Assembly (NCBI GenBank): GCA_003858585.1
Contig: RQZE01000007.1
Coordinates: forward strand, 1-32,000
Length of the DNA: 32,000 nucleotides
Source: Erysipelotrichaceae bacterium OH741_COT-311
GTDB taxonomy: Bacteria; Bacillota_I; Bacilli_A; Erysipelotrichales; Erysipelotrichaceae
Reading direction: 5' to 3'
The notes beneath the pieces are model-generated. The model was given only the letters and a program-made list of their open reading frames with translations. It had not been told where the DNA came from and did no database searches. The position numbers and the translations under genes are program-made. Positions 26,625-32,000 of this stretch are shown piece after piece (positions within the stretch are counted from its first letter, which is position 1; every line of letters starts with the position of its first letter).

Positions 26625-26849
26625 TTAACTCCTACCTTCTATTAATTTTAAGATGTCATAAACACATGTAATCTGCATGAGTTCTTCTTCATTGAATGTA
26701 ATGTTTAGACGATCTTCAATCAGCAAACATAGTTCAAACAATTCAAAAGAATCAATCCCTAACATCTCAAATGAATCCTCTGCATAAATCTTTCGATCCA
26801 TACCCTTAAGTGTATTAATTAATGTTGAAATGATTTCCAAATTATTCAT
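26625..26849 (-). CDS. Acyl/peptidyl carrier protein-like (PP-binding, DltC-like DSF signature)
   Basis: 74 aa. EMLGIDSFELFELCLLIEDRLNITFNEEEL matches the carrier-protein helix II pattern, with the putative 4'-phosphopantetheine Ser at residue 34. Its stop lies 3 nt before the ptsI start, and the ptsI RBS (GGTAGGAG) is inside its 3' end. Confidence 0.6.
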   Translation of the reverse strand: MNNLEIISTLINTLKGMDRKIYAEDSFEMLGIDSFELFELCLLIEDRLNITFNEEELMQITCVYDILKLIEGRS

Positions 26850-26878
26850 AGTTTACCTCAGTAGAATTTTACCATTAT

Positions 26879-27193
26879 TTATTCATGTAAGCAACGAATT
26901 AGTTTAGAAGTAGCTTTATTTTTTAAGTGATAGAAGGTTGACTTTGTATAGTATTCCAAATACCATTTCCCCGGCTTTCTTAAAATGTATTCATTATAAA
27001 GAATACGATAAGAATCTTCATCAAAATGTTTTAATAACTCTTCAATGTATCGAACAATCATTTCATCATTTTTTAATCGATTTTCATTATTAGAACATTT
27101 TGAAATATTTGCCAGTGCTAATCTCCTTTTACTATCTAAATAACTTAAAAATACTTCTTGTGCTAAAACACTATCTCTTGACTTCTTTTCCAT
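26879..27193 (-). CDS. Small protein with a sigma-70 region-4-like / ArpU-RinA-like C-terminal HTH (putative regulator)
   Basis: 104 aa from the ATG at 27193, preceded by AGGAGG. The C-terminal ILYNEYILRKPGKWYLEYYTKSTFYHLKNKATSKLIRCL resembles the S.ST.Y.LK.KA recognition-helix pattern. Confidence 0.35.
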   Translation of the reverse strand: MEKKSRDSVLAQEVFLSYLDSKRRLALANISKCSNNENRLKNDEMIVRYIEELLKHFDEDSYRILYNEYILRKPGKWYLEYYTKSTFYHLKNKATSKLIRCLHE

Positions 27194-27337
27194 TTTTATC
27201 CCTCCTATATTATAAGTAGTGAAATTAATCAAAATTTGGTCATTTTTTGCAATATATGCATAATTTATTTTTTTACAAAATGGTAAAAGAATGACAAATA
27301 TGAAAATACAGTATAGAATAGGTAAGAGGTATTATGT

Positions 27338-27991
27338 ATGAATCAGTCTTATAAAATTAATTTTTTTAATTTTTCGATATCTATTTTAACTTTTTTTATT
27401 CTTCCTTTAAGCATTCCAACTTTAATTTCTTTTACAAATAACTTAACTATTTCGTACGCATTAATTTTTTCACTACAAGCCCTTATTATCATTACCATTA
27501 ACTATAAAATGATTGAAGTACACTTTAAGCGTTTTTTAAAAAACAAAGAAAACATCATCTTCATTCTTTTTGGTATTGTACTTTTTACAAGTGTACTGTT
27601 GCTAAATATGAATCTGATTAAAGGATATTTACCTAGTATTGATTTTTTTACTTTAAAACGTTTTTTTCTTTTTTCACCGTTTATCGTAATTAGTTTTACC
27701 ATCTTCTTCCCTATTAGTTATTGTGTAACTTACAAGATTTTAACAGATAAAATCGAAATCGCTAATATTGAAATATTGATTATTTTCCTAACAAGTCTTG
27801 TCTTTGGTGCTTTAGTGAGTTTAACGTATGTTCCTTTTTCACTCGATGGATTTTTACGTAGCTTTCTATTCTATTCTTTCATTAGTGGAGTATTATCTTA
27901 TCTATACAATCAAACAAATTCTCTTACTACCTCTTATATTTCATTTGCAATTGTCTTATTGATAAAAGAAATCATCATTCATTTTATCTAA
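27338..27991 (+). CDS. Hypothetical polytopic membrane protein
   Basis: 217 aa, about 6-7 hydrophobic segments, very AT-rich. AAGAGG RBS 8 nt upstream. I could find no catalytic motifs. Confidence 0.6.
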   Translation: MNQSYKINFFNFSISILTFFILPLSIPTLISFTNNLTISYALIFSLQALIIITINYKMIEVHFKRFLKNKENIIFILFGIVLFTSVLLLNMNLIKGYLPSIDFFTLKRFFLFSPFIVISFTIFFPISYCVTYKILTDKIEIANIEILIIFLTSLVFGALVSLTYVPFSLDGFLRSFLFYSFISGVLSYLYNQTNSLTTSYISFAIVLLIKEIIIHFI

Positions 27992-28026
27992 AAAATCCTA
28001 GCTTTAAACTAGGATTTTTATTTTTT
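27992..28026. terminator. Bidirectional terminator (membrane protein gene on +, hpf on -)
   Basis: aaaatcctag (27992..28001) / ctaggatttt (28009..28018), flanked by an A-run on the left and a T-run on the right. Confidence 0.7.
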
Positions 28027-28051
28027 ACTACACGAATGTGTAGTTTTTTTA
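28027..28051 (+). terminator. Second hairpin plus T-run in tandem with the first
   Basis: actacac (28027..28033) / gtgtagt (28038..28044) followed by ttttttt. It overlaps the hpf stop codon. Confidence 0.45.
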
Positions 28052-28588
28052 TTCTGTTTCGATTAAACCGTAACCACCATTATTACGTTTATATACAACC
28101 GCAATCTTCTTTGTTTCACTATCTGTATATACAAAGAAAGAATGATTTAACATTTCCATACGCATAATTGCTTCATCAACATCCATCATAACCGCCTTAA
28201 TCGTCTTTGTGCGTACTACATCTTCATCTACATCATCTTCTAACCCTACATCGTTATTTAATTCTTCCAAAAAGGCTAAGGCTAATTTTTCTTTATGATT
28301 ACGTTTTAATTTATTTTTTTGTTTACGTACTTGCTCCTCAAGTTTATCCACAACTAAATCAATTGCACTATAGAAGTCATTATGGACAACTTCTGCTCTT
28401 AATACACCGATATTACTTGGTATAGTTACTTCTACTTTATCGTTATTACGATATGTTTTTACCACAACTCTTGCAATTGTATCTTCATCTACTAAAAGAT
28501 ACTTATCTAAAAATGAAAGCTTATTTTCAATTTTAGACTTCATTGCTTCTGTGATAACTAGATTTTTACCATAAATCTCAAACTTCAT
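28049..28588 (-). CDS. hpf: Ribosome hibernation promoting factor (long HPF)
   Basis: 179 aa with an N-terminal sigma-54 modulation/S30EA domain and the C-terminal dimerisation domain (HSFFVYTDSETKKIAVVYKRNNGGYGLIE). Confidence 0.9.
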   Translation of the reverse strand: MKFEIYGKNLVITEAMKSKIENKLSFLDKYLLVDEDTIARVVVKTYRNNDKVEVTIPSNIGVLRAEVVHNDFYSAIDLVVDKLEEQVRKQKNKLKRNHKEKLALAFLEELNNDVGLEDDVDEDVVRTKTIKAVMMDVDEAIMRMEMLNHSFFVYTDSETKKIAVVYKRNNGGYGLIETE

Positions 28589-28670
28589 AAATTATTCCTC
28601 CTTTTTTAATCTGTTTGAAAATTCTATACTCATTATATATGTTATCTTATGTATCTCTGTCTTTATTATA

Positions 28671-30140
28671 CTACAAGTATAGGGATTTCATCCACTTAAA
28701 AACTTCTATCATCGCATAAGTATCTAGAGCACAATAATTCTTTAAATTTTGAATAATTTGATCTTCTTCCTCAGTCAATTGACGATCAAGCATACGCCAT
28801 TGAAATACCGCATCCATACCATGATGAATCGCTAAATGTTCATAACTCATAGTAGGATTAATCGCATGCAAAATAGATTTTAGGGTATAAGAACCTCTCA
28901 TATTAATGTGATAAATACTACCCGAAACAAATGGAACAGCAAGATCTACCATATTGGTATTAATCGCTTCTAATTGTGCTTGATACTGTGGTAAATATTG
29001 AGATAATTCACGAATTCTAATCTTTTCGGCACCATTGGCATTATAGGCAACAATAGATTTACAACCTTCAACATCACGAATAAAATGACGCACAAAATCT
29101 TCTCTTGGATCTTTAAAACCTAAAAATTCTTTATGCACTAAACTTCCATCTTCATATAAGATGTGCAAAGAATATTGAAACGGGACTACTTGAAATGGTT
29201 TTGTATCTTTAAACGGAGGAATCGCAAATGTTTCCCATTCAAAATCAACAAAGCCGATTGGATATTCTAAAGTCTCAACCCAACCTTTAATAGCCATTTT
29301 ATCAATAAAAATACCATCCTTATTGAAACACGCTTTTACTTGTGCATATTGTACTCGATTGGATTCAATCTGATTAAAATCCACTTTTTTCATAGATTTT
29401 ATACCTTGATCATATAATTCATATTTATTACTACAAGAAGAAAGATACAAGGTAGAATCATACTCTTCTTCAACTTGGAAACAATCATGGAATTTATGAC
29501 ATATAAAACGCTTTGTACAACCTTTATGACGCTTCATTTCAATGTATTGTTTTTCTTTGATTTCATTCATTTTAGCTAAATACTCTTTAAAATCAACATT
29601 TTCTGCTTCCAGTGCCTCTTTAATCAATCTTGTTTGATGATTCGTGTCGTTATAAAAATACTCAGTAATATGAAATAACTGATGAACATCTAAATAGTCT
29701 TCTCTTATATACTCTTGATTTAGATGAAGGATATAAACATTACATATATTTATATGATTGTGTTTTAAAACCCAAATATTTGCACGATAAAACAATAAAT
29801 CATTTTCTTTAGGATAATTTACTACACTGATAAAATAAACATCAAAGCCTCCTGAAACTCGTTTTAAAATAGGAAGTTTTATTCTTAGATCATCACACTC
29901 AAAACGACACTTTACAAACCATTGATAACTATGGTCTTCCAGTGCCTTTAACGCAACTTCTCTTTCATCTCCTTTTTGTCCTAAAAAATACTCATGTATG
30001 CCTAATTTTTCAAGGGCTAAATTTGTAATAGCCTCATCCATGCGGAAAAAAGAGTTATACTCTTCTTGTTCATCAAACTGACTATACCAAAATAGTTTAG
30101 GACATTTCATGTATTTCTTTATATCTTTGATGTAATACAT
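28671..30140 (-). CDS. DUF2779-type protein: Cas4/AddB-like Cys pattern N-terminal half plus DEDD-like exonuclease C-terminal half
   Basis: 489 aa. Cys13 (KCPKLFW) plus C208-x5-C214-x5-C220. The C-terminal half carries FVDFEWE (D299/E301), AYNANGAEK, HHGMD and YCALDTYAM. Confidence 0.6.
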   Translation of the reverse strand: MYYIKDIKKYMKCPKLFWYSQFDEQEEYNSFFRMDEAITNLALEKLGIHEYFLGQKGDEREVALKALEDHSYQWFVKCRFECDDLRIKLPILKRVSGGFDVYFISVVNYPKENDLLFYRANIWVLKHNHINICNVYILHLNQEYIREDYLDVHQLFHITEYFYNDTNHQTRLIKEALEAENVDFKEYLAKMNEIKEKQYIEMKRHKGCTKRFICHKFHDCFQVEEEYDSTLYLSSCSNKYELYDQGIKSMKKVDFNQIESNRVQYAQVKACFNKDGIFIDKMAIKGWVETLEYPIGFVDFEWETFAIPPFKDTKPFQVVPFQYSLHILYEDGSLVHKEFLGFKDPREDFVRHFIRDVEGCKSIVAYNANGAEKIRIRELSQYLPQYQAQLEAINTNMVDLAVPFVSGSIYHINMRGSYTLKSILHAINPTMSYEHLAIHHGMDAVFQWRMLDRQLTEEEDQIIQNLKNYCALDTYAMIEVFKWMKSLYL

Positions 30141-30163
30141 AACTTCACCTTGATTATTATAAT

Positions 30164-30192
30164 ATAAAAAGCATTCTATCGCTAGAATGCTT
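30164..30192 (-). terminator. Rho-independent terminator after the aminopeptidase gene
   Basis: aagcattcta (30169..30178) / tagaatgctt (30183..30192) with a 4-nt loop. On the minus strand UUUAUAUU follows. Confidence 0.7.
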
Positions 30193-30196
30193 GCCT

Positions 30197-31432
30197 TTAA
30201 ATTACAAAGTTACCATCTTTAAAGATAACTACTTCTTGTTGATCAAAGGTTGTACCTACAATACTCATACACGCACTACCAAACATAAAGTCACTATGTG
30301 CCATACTTACATTAGCTCCAGCCTTTAATAATTCTTCTTTACTCATTTCAATACCACCTTTTACATTTGATGGATATGCAGCACCTAATGCTAAATGACA
30401 TGAAGCATTTTCATCAAATAATGTATTATAGAAAAGTAAATTTAAATTACTTATTGGAGAATCATGTGAAATTAAAGCAACTTCTCCTAAATAAGAAGAA
30501 TTATCATCTAAATGAATCAAATTCGTTAATGCATCTTCTCCCTTTTCCGCTTCCCATTTCACAGCTTTTCCATCTTTAAATTCTATTTTGAAGTTTTCAA
30601 TCAATTTACCTTGATAACTAAGTGGCTTTGTCGCCACAACAACTCCATTTACACCATCACGCTTTGGCATTGTAAATACTTCTTCAGTAGGCATATTTGG
30701 ATTAAATACAATACCTTTTTGGCTTGTACTACTACCACCTGCCCAAATGTGATTAATTGCTAAATCAACTACTAAATCAGTCCCTAAACTATTTTTAAAA
30801 TGTAAAGACTTAAAGTTATAATTGTTTAACAATGCACTATGTCTATGTAAAGTTTCATTGTGTTGATCCCACTCAGCGATTGGATCATTGTCTTTATCCA
30901 CTCTTACTGCTTTTAGCATTGCTTCAAACGAGGCTTGCATTGCAGCTTCTTCATCTAAGTCTGGAAAAATCATTTTTGCCCATGTCGGATTTGGTAATGC
31001 TACAATTGTCCATTGTCCAACATCACTCATCGTATAGTAACGGAATGGCTCCATCGCCTTTGAAACCGCCATTGTACGTTGCTTTAATTTTGATGGATCC
31101 ATATCTTTTAATAAACCTGGAACTTCACTTGAAACATGTAAGAAACATACTCCACGATCTACAAAATCTTGTTGACGGTCAATAATCCATTGCGGAATTC
31201 TAGTAAGAGTTTCTACATCCTGATGTTTGACATTTAAACGATCAATAAACGCATCACTCCATAATACAACGACTTCTTTTGCACCGTACTCATAAGCTTC
31301 TTCAACTAAGTGACGCACAAAATCAACTGATGATACTTCAGCTTTAATCACAAGCAATTGTCCTTTGGCAACATTTACACCATTTCTAATAGCTAAACGT
31401 GCATATTTCTTTAATAAATTTTGATCGAACAT
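30197..31432 (-). CDS. M29 family aminopeptidase (PepS/AmpS-like)
   Basis: 411 aa starting MFDQNLLKKYARLAIRNGVNVAKGQ. Family-typical length and blocks (EEVFTMP, LFDENASCHLALG, HSDFMFG). Confidence 0.85.
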   Translation of the reverse strand: MFDQNLLKKYARLAIRNGVNVAKGQLLVIKAEVSSVDFVRHLVEEAYEYGAKEVVVLWSDAFIDRLNVKHQDVETLTRIPQWIIDRQQDFVDRGVCFLHVSSEVPGLLKDMDPSKLKQRTMAVSKAMEPFRYYTMSDVGQWTIVALPNPTWAKMIFPDLDEEAAMQASFEAMLKAVRVDKDNDPIAEWDQHNETLHRHSALLNNYNFKSLHFKNSLGTDLVVDLAINHIWAGGSSTSQKGIVFNPNMPTEEVFTMPKRDGVNGVVVATKPLSYQGKLIENFKIEFKDGKAVKWEAEKGEDALTNLIHLDDNSSYLGEVALISHDSPISNLNLLFYNTLFDENASCHLALGAAYPSNVKGGIEMSKEELLKAGANVSMAHSDFMFGSACMSIVGTTFDQQEVVIFKDGNFVI

Positions 31433-31440
31433 ACTACCTC

Positions 31441-32000
31441 CTAAAGTCCATTAGATACCGGTAACATAGCAGCTCCTACAATACCTGGTTCTTCTAATTT
31501 TGCTACTTCAAATTTTACATCTCGCATACCCGGATGTACAAAAGTCTTGAATTTTTCAATCATTGTATCAAACCATTGCGCCTTTGACTTCAATACACCA
31601 CCACCAATGACAAACATATGTGGATCAACAATATGTGCAACATGCGAAAATAAAATTGCTAAGTCTGTTGTCATTTGATCGATTAGTTTTTGAGCATCAC
31701 TATTACCACTTGCAGCTAATGCAAAGACATCCCCTGCATTTTGAATCGCATCTTCTCCAAACAATTCTTTTCCTTTACGTGTTAATGCACGACCGCTTGC
31801 TTCCGATTCACTTGCACCAGGATTTAAATTATTGAAAGGCTTGCGGTATGGATCTACAATCATATTTCCGGTTTCTCCAGCATAACCGCTTTTTCCAGAA
31901 ATTAACTTACCATTTACAATTAATGCCCCACCAATACCAGTTGAAATTGTTACATAGTAAACAATCCCTAAACCTTTCCCAGCACCTACTAAAGCTTCTG
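31441..32000 (-). CDS. ROK family sugar kinase (glucokinase-like), C-terminal part; 5' end is off the right edge
   Basis: The reading frame stays open to the window edge: ...EALVGAGKGLGIVYYVTISTGIGGALIVNGKLISGKSGYAGETGNMIVDP... (ROK signature). Its stop lies 8 nt before the aminopeptidase start. Confidence 0.8.
   Translation of the reverse strand, partial: EALVGAGKGLGIVYYVTISTGIGGALIVNGKLISGKSGYAGETGNMIVDPYRKPFNNLNPGASESEASGRALTRKGKELFGEDAIQNAGDVFALAASGNSDAQKLIDQMTTDLAILFSHVAHIVDPHMFVIGGGVLKSKAQWFDTMIEKFKTFVHPGMRDVKFEVAKLEEPGIVGAAMLPVSNGL

Noticed and set aside
759-27232. N-terminal extensions of several track ORFs (759..1496, 1652..1900, 9064..9600, 16105..18285, 23929..24456, 24399..24881, 26879..27232)
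   Set aside because: In each case an internal ATG is preceded by a good Shine-Dalgarno sequence or forms a stop/start overlap with the upstream gene. Family-typical N-termini begin at that ATG. The starts remain predictions.
27338-27991. CPBP-family intramembrane protease call for the 217-aa membrane protein
   Set aside because: Size and topology are reminiscent of that family, but I cannot find the EExxxR, FxxxH or His motifs, so the call is unsupported.
28671-30140. DUF2779-type nuclease as part of an anti-phage defence system
   Set aside because: It is a single gene in a housekeeping neighbourhood (aminopeptidase, hpf). It has no partner ATPase, methylase or sensor genes, no flanking mobile-element marks and no compositional break.
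2120-31835. Plus-strand ORFs of 60-135 aa nested antisense inside long minus-strand genes (for example 2969..3196, 4110..4325, 5846..6211, 7936..8166, 9169..9408, 9575..9850, 16183..16368, 18972..19451, 22943..23275, 24363..24551, 25487..25894, 25975..26169, 28207..28425, 30367..30579, 30832..31185, 31620..31835). Also the minus-strand nested ORFs 20846..21097, 23470..23652 and 27502..27702.
   Set aside because: All lie fully within or opposite genes with strong family signatures. They have low-complexity, stop-poor AT-rich-genome compositions (many L, H, Q, Y, I), no RBS and no recognisable motifs.
1-32000. Mobile elements, prophage, tRNA/rRNA genes, CRISPR arrays
   Set aside because: I recognised no integrase, transposase or recombinase ORFs, no terminal inverted repeats, no tRNA-like T-arm (GGTTCGAATCC-type) sequences and no short-repeat arrays anywhere in the window.

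Overview
Low-GC (roughly 30%) Firmicute-type chromosomal segment, probably Erysipelotrichia or a Bacilli relative. I call 37 protein-coding loci, and 35 are on the minus strand. Reading minus-strand genes from right to left: a ROK sugar kinase (partial), an M29 aminopeptidase, a DUF2779-type nuclease-like protein and hpf. A membrane protein follows on the plus strand. Next comes a run of small HTH protein, ACP-like carrier, ptsI, Alg14-like, Alg13-like and HAD phosphatase, then yebC, tagD and tmcAL (plus strand). After that come yceD-rpmF and a truncated dcw cluster (mraZ-rsmH-ftsL-PBP-mraY-murD) that runs without terminators into comN-like and secDF. The rest is recJ-apt-rel, two paralogous lipoproteins, hisS-aspS, a candidate 6S RNA and yneF. 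The left edge holds the accessory part: an A24 prepilin peptidase followed by a tandem array of at least four Flp (Tad) pilin genes, one of them frame-disrupted. I saw no tRNA, rRNA, CRISPR array, transposase, integrase or prophage signature. The most unusual items are the Flp pilin array, the carrier-protein gene translationally coupled to ptsI where ptsH normally sits, the four 10-nt-phased GTGG boxes upstream of mraZ, and the structured RNA downstream of aspS. All family calls rest on motifs read by eye from the ORF track and sequence. No database search was possible.
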